IMG/VR virus record: IMGVR_UViG_3300023202_000383
Span: 124,001 to 188,000 of that record
DNA: 64,000 bases
Direction: 5' to 3' (one strand)
Numbering within the stretch: position 1 is the first letter of the stretch; every line of letters begins with the position of its first letter. The position numbers were made by a program, and so were the translations under genes. Shown here piece by piece: positions 16,382 to 25,656 of the stretch. The notes under the pieces are model-generated. The model saw only the letters and a list, made by a program, of their open reading frames with translations. It had not been told where the DNA came from and made no database searches.

Positions 16382-17278
16382 ATGTCAAGATATAGACCAA
16401 AAGTATATTTATTAAATGACACGAGCCGAGAACATGTCGGTTCAAAAGCTGCATCATATGTCATAAAGTCAGCGATCCGTAAGAACTACAGATTATATGC
16501 TAAGCATTTTACAAACACTCCGGTTGATTATGATATATTAAAAGCATCAAATATTGTAGTTATCAATGGCGAAGGAACTATGCATCATGATACAAGCAGG
16601 TCTATAATTTTAATGACGGCTATTAGACGAGCAATTAAGATGAACAAGCAAGTTCATCTCGTTAATACCGTGTGGCAAGATATGCACAGAAAATGGACTC
16701 GCATACTAAATAAAGTTGATAGCATAGTTGTAAGAGAGCCGAGAAGCAAGGCCGCATTGGAAGACATCGGAGTCAATAATGTCGAGATTTACCCAGACAT
16801 TTGTGTTGGGTTGAAAGCTAAGAAAGTAAAACCACAAATAAACTTTAGAGGCAAAGTCGTCGTGGGAGATAGCGTTAGAAAATTCAACGACATGCCACTA
16901 AAGGACGATAGAGTGTTTAGAAGGACGCCAAATTACAATATCCCGCGTGACAATTGGGCGCATTTTATAGCAGTGTTAAAGACTATAGGCGTATATGTAA
17001 CTGGTAGGCATCACGGGATATATGCCTGTTGTGCTGCTAAGACGCCGTTTGTGGCGTTTAAATCCAACACGCACAAAATGGAGGGACTTCTTGAATGGGC
17101 TGGATCATCCATCCCAATTTTAGACAACCCAAAAGATGCGCCATCAGCTATAAGATGGGCAAAGGACAACCAAGAAGAATATGATAAGCTCTTCAAATGG
17201 ATGAGAAGTCTACAAAAATGGCCAGGGTTTGATGATACTCGAGCACGACGCAATAATAATTCCGGAAGCGGCGGTTGA
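16382..17278 (+). CDS. polysaccharide pyruvyltransferase-family protein
   Basis: HVGS, VINGEGTMHH, VVREPRS, YPDI, VTGRHHG, SNTHKMEGLL. Confidence 0.8.
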   Translation: MSRYRPKVYLLNDTSREHVGSKAASYVIKSAIRKNYRLYAKHFTNTPVDYDILKASNIVVINGEGTMHHDTSRSIILMTAIRRAIKMNKQVHLVNTVWQDMHRKWTRILNKVDSIVVREPRSKAALEDIGVNNVEIYPDICVGLKAKKVKPQINFRGKVVVGDSVRKFNDMPLKDDRVFRRTPNYNIPRDNWAHFIAVLKTIGVYVTGRHHGIYACCAAKTPFVAFKSNTHKMEGLLEWAGSSIPILDNPKDAPSAIRWAKDNQEEYDKLFKWMRSLQKWPGFDDTRARRNNNSGSGG

Positions 17279-17648
17279 TTACCAAGGTTATGGGTGGCCG
17301 CATTCTAATTTGTTCTATATTTACAATGCCAGTTTCTCTTCTAAACGGATTGGTGGGGAACAGATTACATTTCTAGCTGAACAAGCCAAGGTGGTAATAT
17401 GCAATGTAAAGATGGATTTAGATATATGCCTCCGCGACAGGTCTCGATATTGTGTAGATCTTAATATTAGTGACCCGAGTATTCAACCTTGGATTATTGT
17501 GTTTTTTGGGCTAGATAAGTTTTTGTTGACCGACTCAGTGAATTGGTACGTTTTAAAAAGTTCTAATCTATATCATGATAGTAACCATGGTAGAGTCGGC
17601 GTACCTAAGTCTGTAATCGAAGCATGCATAGAGGCCAATATTAGGTGA
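17229..17648 (+). CDS. hypothetical protein
   Basis: 139-aa ORF. Confidence 0.5.
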   Translation: MMILEHDAIIIPEAAVDYQGYGWPHSNLFYIYNASFSSKRIGGEQITFLAEQAKVVICNVKMDLDICLRDRSRYCVDLNISDPSIQPWIIVFFGLDKFLLTDSVNWYVLKSSNLYHDSNHGRVGVPKSVIEACIEANIR

Positions 17649-18118
17649 ACCTGTTCATTCTAGATCGAAATCCAATAAAAGCTGCAGAAATGTATTGTGA
17701 TAAGCACGTTTGTAAAATCATACTTGAATCTGCACAGATGATGGCGATGGTTCATTGGATCCAGGGTTTTGATGTTCCTTCGGAATTAATATGCAAGTCG
17801 CATAAAAATAATCATGTTTCTAAATGGGTCAGGCAAACTACTGGAAATTACGAATGGACTGGGATCCATGCTAAGGCGTTATGTTCAGAATACACATACC
17901 GATATGGTAAGACCCATAAATGGAATAGCCATATTGATTGGTTAGCAACTAGCAATTCCTGCATCAGAGACCGAGGGATGACCGAATTCAGGCAAGCGGT
18001 CGACGATCCATGTCGTGACCCAGACCCAGTATTGGCATACCGCAAATATTATATGACTACCAAAAGAAGCATCTGTAAATGGGACAAAGGTAGACCAAAA
18101 CCGCGTTGGTTCATTTGA
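17645..18118 (+). CDS. pyrimidine-dimer DNA glycosylase / endonuclease V-like protein
   Basis: MNLFILD...CDKHVCKIILESAQM...HKNNHVSKW...EYTYRYGKTH...AYRKYY family pattern. Confidence 0.75.
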   Translation: MNLFILDRNPIKAAEMYCDKHVCKIILESAQMMAMVHWIQGFDVPSELICKSHKNNHVSKWVRQTTGNYEWTGIHAKALCSEYTYRYGKTHKWNSHIDWLATSNSCIRDRGMTEFRQAVDDPCRDPDPVLAYRKYYMTTKRSICKWDKGRPKPRWFI

Positions 18119-18388
18119 ATGCCAGAATATGAATTTAGTTTGGTTTGTATTGATGGTAACATGGTTGTTGATATTATAGACAATCCTGGGTCTAAGCCAT
18201 ATGTATTGGTAAAGCACGACTATCACAATAGATTGGTTGACTTAGATGAGTCTAGAATAGCTGACTGTTATCATGATCTCAAGAACACGTATATTCTTAG
18301 CGAATTTAGAAGGTGTCTTAGGTTCAATGATGGCCCGGTGATAGATGCCGCCATAAAATGGATTAGGAGTTTAGATATCAATGCCTAA
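18119..18388 (+). CDS. hypothetical protein
   Basis: 89-aa ORF. Confidence 0.55.
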   Translation: MPEYEFSLVCIDGNMVVDIIDNPGSKPYVLVKHDYHNRLVDLDESRIADCYHDLKNTYILSEFRRCLRFNDGPVIDAAIKWIRSLDINA

Positions 18389-18767
18389 AGAACCAAAAGT
18401 TAGCGAGATAGATCTTAAATGTGTCTGTTGTGGCGCAGGCATAGATGAAGTACCGGGATCTCCTGACTCTGAAGCGTCTTCGTCGTGTTGGGATGGTGCT
18501 GTTGTCGATAAGATTTGTGGTGGTTATGGGTCTAAGCATGATATGTCATTGTTCATTATTGGTATTTGTGATAAATGCGTGTCTGAAAGAATAGAAAGCG
18601 GGCTGCTAATAAGATTCAGAACCATGGACGATATGCTCGAATCTCCTGAATTTAAAGCACAACAAGCTGGAATTTTAGAGATAATTAGGGATCAAAAAGG
18701 AAATGCAAAAAAGAATTCGCTCAAAAGATTCTGGAGAACACTTAGAGAATACCTCATTAATCCCTGA
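18381..18767 (+). CDS. hypothetical zinc-finger-like protein
   Basis: CVCC...ICDKC. Confidence 0.6.
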   Translation: MPKEPKVSEIDLKCVCCGAGIDEVPGSPDSEASSSCWDGAVVDKICGGYGSKHDMSLFIIGICDKCVSERIESGLLIRFRTMDDMLESPEFKAQQAGILEIIRDQKGNAKKNSLKRFWRTLREYLINP

Positions 18768-18860
18768 GTGCGACCACTCCAGTATGACTGTTGCAGAATC
18801 TTATGTTAAATCAAAATGCATGATTTGTGGAAAGATTTTGATTTGCATAGAGACACCAAA

Positions 18861-18933
18861 CAGCGTTATGCCGAGCGGTTGAGGCGCTGCGTTTGGGGCG
18901 CAGATCTGGCTGGTTCGACTCCAGCAACGCTGA
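18861..18933 (+). tRNA. tRNA-Pro(TGG)
   Basis: CAGCGTT/AACGCTG, A73; CTGCG-TTTGGGG-CGCAG. Confidence 0.85.
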
Positions 18934-18997
18934 TTGAAAGACATGATTGATAGCGAACCCACAAAACACAGAGAATTAAAGCAGAAGCGAGGACCCG

Positions 18998-19717
18998 ATG
19001 GATGACACACCGAAACCATGCCCGTTTTGCGGGGAAGATGATGCATACTTCACCAGCCACTATGTATCGCCTAACGTAAGGGTCGCGTGTGGGACGTGTG
19101 GAGCATCCAGCATTGACAAGTGCTGCAAAGAGGACGCTGTGAAATTGTGGAATGCACGCGCCACCCCGAAGGCAGAGACAGTGGGTCGAATCACAGAAAG
19201 GAAGTGCAAAATGAACTTTGAGCCAACACACACAATGGGAAAGAATGGACCAAGATGCAAGCCCCTAAACTTTGAGTCTGATCATATATCTAACGAATGC
19301 CTATTAGATAACGGCGTGGTTGTTGAGGTTCCAACGCTTGATCTCATTCCCATTAACCCACCGCTCAAGTGCGAGCCGGAGTACGTGACGGTTCGGAGGT
19401 TGATCGACGGGTACGGTGCAATGCATCGTGATTGGTGGACCAGCCGGGACCCGGACAGCGTGAAACACCACACGAACACAGGCGATGAGCGCACGTTCCT
19501 CGTCGGAGTGCCTATGGTCGAAGAGTTTGTCGAGCATTTCGACGTAGGGATCAAGGGCTATAAGTGGGGTGGCATCTCATTCAGCCCGCTCGGAGATGAT
19601 TTTAAGTTCCGATCGTTAATACCATGCAAGGAAACGTTGGACGAAGCTCGCATTGCGGTATGGGAATACATGATCGAGCACGAGCCCGACAAAGCACGGG
19701 CATGGATTGAGCAGTGA
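18998..19717 (+). CDS. Lar (restriction alleviation)-like zinc-finger domain fused to an unknown domain
   Basis: KPCPFCG...VACGTCGAS...AVKLWNAR. Confidence 0.6.
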   Translation: MDDTPKPCPFCGEDDAYFTSHYVSPNVRVACGTCGASSIDKCCKEDAVKLWNARATPKAETVGRITERKCKMNFEPTHTMGKNGPRCKPLNFESDHISNECLLDNGVVVEVPTLDLIPINPPLKCEPEYVTVRRLIDGYGAMHRDWWTSRDPDSVKHHTNTGDERTFLVGVPMVEEFVEHFDVGIKGYKWGGISFSPLGDDFKFRSLIPCKETLDEARIAVWEYMIEHEPDKARAWIEQ

Positions 19718-19733
19718 TTTGGGGTGAATGTGA

Positions 19734-19994
19734 TTGAAATTAAGATTTATTGACAATATCTCTATTGCTAAGATAAGCAATATTTGTTGCTTTTCTGGAG
19801 CTCATAAGCGTGAGGAAATCACGTTTAAGGCTGGTGATGAAATTGAGTATAACGGACTATCAGAAGAACGCAGGTTAGATGCTCCTAATGGTCGTAAAGG
19901 CGATAAGGTGGTTGATATTTTCATTAGCGATAGAACATTACATCCTAATAGGTATATTGACGTCCCTATTAAATCGTTTGAGGCAATAGAATGA
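19734..19994 (+). CDS. hypothetical protein
   Basis: 86-aa ORF. Confidence 0.55.
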   Translation: MKLRFIDNISIAKISNICCFSGAHKREEITFKAGDEIEYNGLSEERRLDAPNGRKGDKVVDIFISDRTLHPNRYIDVPIKSFEAIE

Positions 19995-20067
19995 CCGCAT
20001 TTAGCTCAATTTGGTAGAGCGCTCGCTTTGGGGCGAGAGGTTGCAAGTTCAAATCTTGCAATGCGGA
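19995..20067 (+). tRNA. tRNA-Pro(TGG) with an anticodon arm one base short (atypical or pseudo)
   Basis: CCGCATT/AATGCGG; CTCGC-TTTGGG-GCGAG gives a 6-nt loop. Confidence 0.7.
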
Positions 20068-20102
20068 TTCACAAAAGTTTTGATCCCAATCAAACATAAG
20101 CT

Positions 20103-21020
20103 ATGAAATTCAATGAAATCGACTGGGATCTAATACAATCAGATTATGATTCGGGCCTTACTCTTAGGCAGGTTGGCAAGAGACATAAAATTGGCAATTC
20201 TAGTATCCATAAAGCACAAAAATCAGGACTTCTTAAGACTACGCGGAAGCGATCGTTATCAGAAGAGCATAGAAAAAAGCTTTCTGATAGTATGAAAAAA
20301 GCTGGTATAAGACCGCCCACAACTGTCAAGAGAGAAATTTCAAGCACTAAAGCATGTACTAAATGTACATGCTTGAAACCTATTAATCAATTCCATAAAA
20401 AAGATGGAGCATATGATGGTAGGCAATCAATATGCAAATCGTGCCGCAATATTCATGGTAGAAAATATATGTGCAAGCCGCATATAAACAAAAAACTCAA
20501 GAAACGAAAAGAAGAAATAAAATACAGAAATCAGAGATATATTAAAGAATATTTGTCGATGCATTCATGCAAGTGTGGTGTCGATGACATCAGACTTCTT
20601 GAATTCCACCATCTTAAAAATAAAAAATATGAAGTCCATCAAATGGTGTGGCACAAGTTAGAATCCATAGATAAAGAAATCGCAAAATGTGTTGTTTTGT
20701 GTGTTAATTGTCATAGAAGAGAAACAAATAAAGATAACCCTAGAGAGAATCAGAAGCATCGCAGGGCCATAAAATACAAATTAATAGAAGAAATTCATGG
20801 TACTAAATGTGTGGAGTGTGGGCTTGACGATAAGATAATTATGGATTTAAACCATATCGACCCAACGACCAAATTATTCAATATTGGCGGGTGGTCTGCG
20901 GGCGATACTGATGTATTGATTAAAGAGATAAAGAAATGTGAGCTTATCTGCCCTAATTGTCATCGTCTCAAAACTATTACACAGTCCGACAATTACCTTC
21001 ACAGGATAAAGGAGGCCTAA
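20103..21020 (+). CDS. HNH homing endonuclease with HTH and two tandem HNH domains
   Basis: CKCG...LEFHHL...CVVLCVNCHRRET and CVECG...LNHID...CELICPNCHRLKT. Confidence 0.85.
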   Translation: MKFNEIDWDLIQSDYDSGLTLRQVGKRHKIGNSSIHKAQKSGLLKTTRKRSLSEEHRKKLSDSMKKAGIRPPTTVKREISSTKACTKCTCLKPINQFHKKDGAYDGRQSICKSCRNIHGRKYMCKPHINKKLKKRKEEIKYRNQRYIKEYLSMHSCKCGVDDIRLLEFHHLKNKKYEVHQMVWHKLESIDKEIAKCVVLCVNCHRRETNKDNPRENQKHRRAIKYKLIEEIHGTKCVECGLDDKIIMDLNHIDPTTKLFNIGGWSAGDTDVLIKEIKKCELICPNCHRLKTITQSDNYLHRIKEA

Positions 21021-21021
21021 A

Positions 21022-21794
21022 ATGGCCAGGAAACCAAGAATACCGGTTAAGAACAGGGGGCGGCTTTGACTCCGCTAAGAATGGTGGAGTAAGGGGGTGT
21101 CTTTGAAAATGCCACTGAAATTATCGTCGAAATCCAATTTGGCGAAGGTGGCGATGATAGCAAGTTGTTTGTGGACGACCTGTTATCTGCTTACTTGAAA
21201 TATGCCAAGTCGCTCGGTTTTAAGTCCGATCTGATATTCTCAGATAACGGGCATGCTACAATTAAAATCATTGGTAACAATGTTTGGAAGGCTTTTAGAT
21301 ATGAGCCTGGTAAACATTGTGTTCAGCGTATCCCACCAACAGAGAGCAAGGGTAGAGCGCAGACTTCTATTGTTTCTGTGGCTGTGTTGCCGATACCGCC
21401 CAAGATAGGCACTAAGCTTAAATCGAGTGATCTCAAAATTGAGAGGGTTAACCTCGGTGGAAAGGGCGGACAGCACCAGAATAAGACTCTATCTGGTTGC
21501 AGAATGACTCATATTCCAACTGGCCTTAAAGCAACCATCAATGGTAGAGATTACCATAGCAATGAGCGGGAAGCTAAGAGGATACTGGCTGCTAGAGTTC
21601 AGGAGCTTAAACAATCTAAAGCCAATGCTAATTACTCCGCAAAAAGAGTTGAGCAACTTGGGGGCGGAGGCAGGAGCGATAAGGTGAGAACTTACAACTT
21701 CATTAAATCTAGGGTTGTAGACCATAATCTTGGCACTAAGACCAGGAACATCAAGCAAGTGATGAAGGGCAACTTTGAGCTGTTGTTGAAATAA
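21022..21794 (+). CDS. class I peptide-chain release factor (RF1-like PxT, GGQ; domain 1 largely absent) expressed through two +1 frameshifts
   Basis: AGGAGG SD and ATG 21022; CTT-TGA at 21064-69 and 21101-06; then EIIVEIQFGEGGDD, HCVQRIPPTE, GGKGGQHQNKT, THIPTG, RSDKVRTYNF; predicted 256 aa. Confidence 0.85.
21055..21070 (+). promoter_or_regulatory. prfB-type +1 programmed frameshift cassette 1
   Basis: AGGGGG-CGG-CTT-TGA-C, same architecture as E. coli prfB AGGGGG-TAT-CTT-TGA-C. Confidence 0.88.
21092..21107 (+). promoter_or_regulatory. prfB-type +1 programmed frameshift cassette 2
   Basis: AGGGGG-TGT-CTT-TGA-A, in the +1 frame of cassette 1; its own +1 frame is the RF ORF. Confidence 0.88.
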
Positions 21795-21819
21795 TGGAAA
21801 CACCGAACATAGGTGTCAT

Positions 21820-22179
21820 ATGGACAAACCGCACGTAATAAAGAGGAAAAAAGCCATAGATGTGACGCCACTAGATCACGGCATTTGGTGCACAGTATGT
21901 GACAGTGAGCCGTTCGTCAACGCTATTGTACTGCGAAAGTGGTCTGAAGATGGCAAAAAGATATGGTTTATGTTAGACACTCATAATTTCATGGATGCCG
22001 ACCCTGATGAAGAGATAGATGTTGTTGAGATTGAGCCAATGTATCCTCCTAAATTGTTTAGAGAATGTCTAGAAAAAGACAAGATAAAAATGGCCAATAG
22101 GCCGATAGAGCAGCATAATTGTCCACACTGCAACGGCTCTGGAAAATCCCCGTTGCCAAAGAGCCTGGTGGTAGAATAG
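21820..22179 (+). CDS. hypothetical protein
   Basis: 119-aa ORF; CPHCNGSG at the C-terminus. Confidence 0.6.
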   Translation: MDKPHVIKRKKAIDVTPLDHGIWCTVCDSEPFVNAIVLRKWSEDGKKIWFMLDTHNFMDADPDEEIDVVEIEPMYPPKLFRECLEKDKIKMANRPIEQHNCPHCNGSGKSPLPKSLVVE

Positions 22180-22264
22180 TATTTAATATTAACCAAGTAA
22201 ATGACGATAGAGAAGGTAAAGACCACCGTTTGTTCTTGGCGTTGAATATAAATGTGTCCCTGTA

Positions 22265-22337
22265 GCCCCCATCGGTTAATTGGATAAACCACGGGCTTCC
22301 TAAGCCTGGACTGCAGGTTCGAATCCTGCTGGGGGTA
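22265..22337 (+). tRNA. tRNA-Arg(CCT)
   Basis: CGGGC-TTCCTAA-GCCTG; GCCCCCA/TGGGGGT. Confidence 0.88.
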
Positions 22338-22351
22338 TTAAGGAGTGTCAA

Positions 22352-22540
22352 ATGGCTAAGAAAGTAATACTGCAGGTTCAAAAGTCTGATGGCTGGTACG
22401 TTGGTAAGGCCAAGGACTGTTTGGGTGTAATTAGTCAAGGCAGGACAATCGAAGAACTAAAAGAAAATATTATTGATGCCCATTTATTGATGTATCCTAA
22501 TGAACCTAGAGAGATAGATATAGAAGTAGTTACTATATGA
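22352..22540 (+). CDS. HicB-like antitoxin (N-terminal domain only)
   Basis: DGWYVG...GVISQGRTIEELKENIIDA; AAGGAG SD. Confidence 0.8.
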   Translation: MAKKVILQVQKSDGWYVGKAKDCLGVISQGRTIEELKENIIDAHLLMYPNEPREIDIEVVTI

Positions 22541-22739
22541 AAGACGAATGTGACTAGGATGAAGTGTCATAAGAATCCGTATGTATGGCATGAGACGAAA
22601 AACGCTATTAGAGTTTATTTTGAGTCTGTTTATTGGGCGTTTAGCAAGACAGGCAGAAAACTGCCAGTCTAATTAAGTGGCTCTTTGGGAAGAGCCACTA
22701 AGCAGTTTTCCAAACATACCATAGAAAGGAGGTGGTGGA

Positions 22740-23357
22740 ATGTCTGCTGTACTTTCGCAGCCGGTTCTTGTTATCAACAAGAATTATCGTGCCGTTAACT
22801 TCGCAAGCGTCAAAAGAGCTTTCTGCCTTCTAGCTAATGGTGTGGCAGAAGTCATTGACGTAGAAGACGGCAAATACTACAATTACGACTTTGAGTCGTG
22901 GCAAGAACTTAGTGAGTTTGAATCTGAGTTCGAAGACAATAGGTATGACTGGGTCAATTGCGTTGACTACAAAATTCCTATACCAAAAATTGTTCGTCTG
23001 TTAGCATTCGGAGAATTCAAGAGACCGAAGGTTAAGTTCAATCGTAGGAACATCTACGCAAGGGATAAGAACACTTGTCAGTATTGTGGAAAGAGGTTCT
23101 CTACTAAGGATCTTAACTTGGACCATGTTTTGCCAAGATCTCTTGGAGGCCAGAGTTGTTGGACCAATATCGTATGCAGTTGCATAAAGTGCAACACGAA
23201 AAAGGCCAACAGAACGCCAGAGCAGGCTGGGATGAAGTTGATAAGACCTCCGAAGGCATTAGATAGGCCAATTTTTATGGTCAAGGAAAAGTATCACCAC
23301 GATTCCTGGAAGCATTTCGTGGACGAAGCTTATTGGAATGTGACCCTACGTGACTAG
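22740..23357 (+). CDS. HNH endonuclease (McrA-like / HNH_5, bacterial type)
   Basis: VLVINKNY, FNRRNIYARDKNTCQYCG, LNLDHVLPRSLGG, NIVCSCIKCNTKKANRTP. Confidence 0.9.
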   Translation: MSAVLSQPVLVINKNYRAVNFASVKRAFCLLANGVAEVIDVEDGKYYNYDFESWQELSEFESEFEDNRYDWVNCVDYKIPIPKIVRLLAFGEFKRPKVKFNRRNIYARDKNTCQYCGKRFSTKDLNLDHVLPRSLGGQSCWTNIVCSCIKCNTKKANRTPEQAGMKLIRPPKALDRPIFMVKEKYHHDSWKHFVDEAYWNVTLRD

Positions 23358-23521
23358 GCAATACAATATGTGCCTAAGACAACAAAAGTGTAGAAGTTTT
23401 GGGTTGAATTGGTTAGAGCAAGCAGTTTAAGAATTAATTACCGTGTTGGTAATAACTTGGGATCGTAAGACTAACGCCACCCTGTCTGATCCCTCACTCT
23501 CGGTAGGTTAAGCCGAGTTTG

Positions 23522-23594
23522 GGGCCTGTAGCTCAGCGGTCAGAGCTGGCCACTCATAATGGCTAGGTCGGGGGTTCGAATCCCTCCAGGCCCA
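23522..23594 (+). tRNA. tRNA with CAT anticodon, Ile2-type body
   Basis: GGGCCTG-TAGCTCAG..., GGCCA-CTCATAA-TGGCT; A73. Confidence 0.85.
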
Positions 23595-23657
23595 TTCAAG
23601 CATATGATATGAAGATACAATGCAACGAATGTGGGAAATATTCAATAAGAGACCAAG

Positions 23658-24053
23658 CTAAGCGCTTATTGAATTCATGAAACTGACGAATTCTGAGTCA
23701 GCATTGAGATCAGCCAATACTGCTGCTAAATCTGCGGTTATTTGCTCATCTATTGAAGACAATTCTTTGTTGCTGCCTAGAACGTTAATGGATCCGTTCG
23801 TAGTTACGGCAGCAAACCTGAATGTATAATCTTCTACAGTATTAGGTGTGGGGTCCGGGGATCCCTTGCCGTATCCTATAGCCTGTAGAAATGTATTTAG
23901 TTCTGGTAGTGTAGTAGCAACAGAGAAATCAGATAGCTCACCATTCACAAATCTCACGACGCCATTTGAAGTGTTATCCTTTATAGCAGCGAAATTATCT
24001 TCTAGGCCGTTGGTTCTGGCTAGTTGAATTGATAGTGTCCAAAGAGTTTCCAT
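23658..24053 (-). CDS. hypothetical protein
   Basis: 131 aa; GGAGG SD. Confidence 0.75.
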   Translation of the reverse strand: METLWTLSIQLARTNGLEDNFAAIKDNTSNGVVRFVNGELSDFSVATTLPELNTFLQAIGYGKGSPDPTPNTVEDYTFRFAAVTTNGSINVLGSNKELSSIDEQITADLAAVLADLNADSEFVSFMNSISA

Positions 24054-24102
24054 TTAATACCTCCTTGATATGTTTGATAAAATATAATTAGGAGGTTTAA
24101 CT

Positions 24103-24315
24103 ATGTTTATGTTTCTAAAGAAATTGTTCACAAAGACTCCTTTGGGTCTCATTGTGAGGGTTGAAAACAAGAATAAGCACCATGCTGCTGATAAGCAGTA
24201 TTATGTTGTAAAGGTGAAGTTTACTAATGGTGTCAGACATCTGATGTTGACTGATACTGAGGTCGAGCGTGCCCTCAAAAGAGTAGAGAAAAATAAAGAA
24301 GATCTACCTAAGTAA
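24103..24315 (+). CDS. hypothetical protein
   Basis: 70 aa; AGGAGG SD. Confidence 0.7.
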   Translation: MFMFLKKLFTKTPLGLIVRVENKNKHHAADKQYYVVKVKFTNGVRHLMLTDTEVERALKRVEKNKEDLPK

Positions 24316-24333
24316 ATAGCAAATTCAAGCCCA

Positions 24334-25656
24334 TTGGAGATTATGATGCCGAGACCAGATAAACCACGAGCAGACCTGACTGCCAAAGAAGCTATTGCTA
24401 ATCTAAGTAAAGAAATATCAGATTTCATGTTATCCAGGCGCATGAATTCAATGGTTGAGATGGGCGACTTTAAGGGTCTTCAGGAATGGGCGTTGAGGGC
24501 AGCCGAAAAATATAAAGAAAGAGGGCTTAGTAGAGCCCATTATATGGAATTCGTCAACGCTGTTAAGGGCACGCCTTTACCAGGGAAAGAAGGGAAGTTC
24601 ACTGGAAGTTATGGTCGAAAGATATGGGACCATATCCAAAGGGGTGACGTAGCCGCTTTGGCTCAAATGTTGTCTAATTATGCCCTGTCCGGTGCTGACT
24701 TGTCTGTATTGTCACAATCTAAAAAACCGTATCATAGAGAAAGTTTAAGCGATGTTGATATCGTTGCATCTATGATGACGGAAGATCCGAATATATTTAA
24801 TGATTTGCCCGATCGTTACAAGGAATTGGTTGAGGCATATGCTGAAATGTTTCCGGGCGATGAGAGTATAGCGATAAAGCTTATATATGAAAATGCACAG
24901 ATATTTGAAGATGAAGAAGTTGGTGACTATGCTGGAGATTATGGACGTGAAGAAGCGGATATGTCTTCCGGAGATCTGACTAGCTCAGAGGCAAGACCAA
25001 ACCTCAGCAAAGAGATCTCAGAATTTATGAATAGTGAGCGAATGGCCGAAATGGTCAGTTCCGGCGATTTAGATGGTCTTAAGCAATGGGCTTTGGAAGC
25101 AGCTGCAAAATATCGTGGCAAGGGGTTGAGTGAAAGAAATTACAAAGAATTTATCAGGAGAGTACATCAAGCCAGAAATATTGATAGACTGAGTATGATG
25201 CTTTCTAATTATATGCTGAAAGCAGCGGGTCTCGGTGTTCTTGAATCATCGAATGCCATAGATGCAATAGCGCGTTGTATTACTGAGGATATCAACACAT
25301 TTAACAATATGTCTGACGAGCAGAAGAGGCTTGCCACTTTACATCTTGAAATGTTCCCAGACACGCAAGTTGTGATGCTTGAAGACCATAACGATTATGA
25401 AGATGGAGTAGAAGCCAGTATGTCTGTTGGCGTTAGCAAGCCTGAACCGGAGCCTGAGGCAGAGGACCACGGACACGACGAAATGGTTTTGGTAATTGCT
25501 GATATGAAAGACCAGCCGCCAGCGGTCTTTTCTGGAAATTATGGGTTGTTGGAATCTTTATTTAAAGGTCAGGGTCGCGAATACCATATAATGAAAGCCT
25601 CTGAAGTCCATGATTTCTTAGGCGGCAGAGAGTTTGTAACTTCACATATGTCATGA
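24334..25656 (+). CDS. acidic protein with an internal ~110-aa duplication
   Basis: NLSKEISDFM...GLQEWALRAAEKY recurs as NLSKEISEFM...GLKQWALEAAAKY. Confidence 0.8.
   Translation: MEIMMPRPDKPRADLTAKEAIANLSKEISDFMLSRRMNSMVEMGDFKGLQEWALRAAEKYKERGLSRAHYMEFVNAVKGTPLPGKEGKFTGSYGRKIWDHIQRGDVAALAQMLSNYALSGADLSVLSQSKKPYHRESLSDVDIVASMMTEDPNIFNDLPDRYKELVEAYAEMFPGDESIAIKLIYENAQIFEDEEVGDYAGDYGREEADMSSGDLTSSEARPNLSKEISEFMNSERMAEMVSSGDLDGLKQWALEAAAKYRGKGLSERNYKEFIRRVHQARNIDRLSMMLSNYMLKAAGLGVLESSNAIDAIARCITEDINTFNNMSDEQKRLATLHLEMFPDTQVVMLEDHNDYEDGVEASMSVGVSKPEPEPEAEDHGHDEMVLVIADMKDQPPAVFSGNYGLLESLFKGQGREYHIMKASEVHDFLGGREFVTSHMS

Noticed and set aside
21081-21092. Alternative RF start ATG-GTG-GAG-TAA, in frame with the RF ORF and readable by the ochre suppressor
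   Set aside because: There is no convincing SD, whereas ATG 21022 has AGGAGG and both frameshift cassettes are complete. Kept only as a secondary possibility.
23395-23520. Possible ncRNA before the Ile2-type tRNA
   Set aside because: Only short 5-6-bp stems; not distinguishable from chance by eye.
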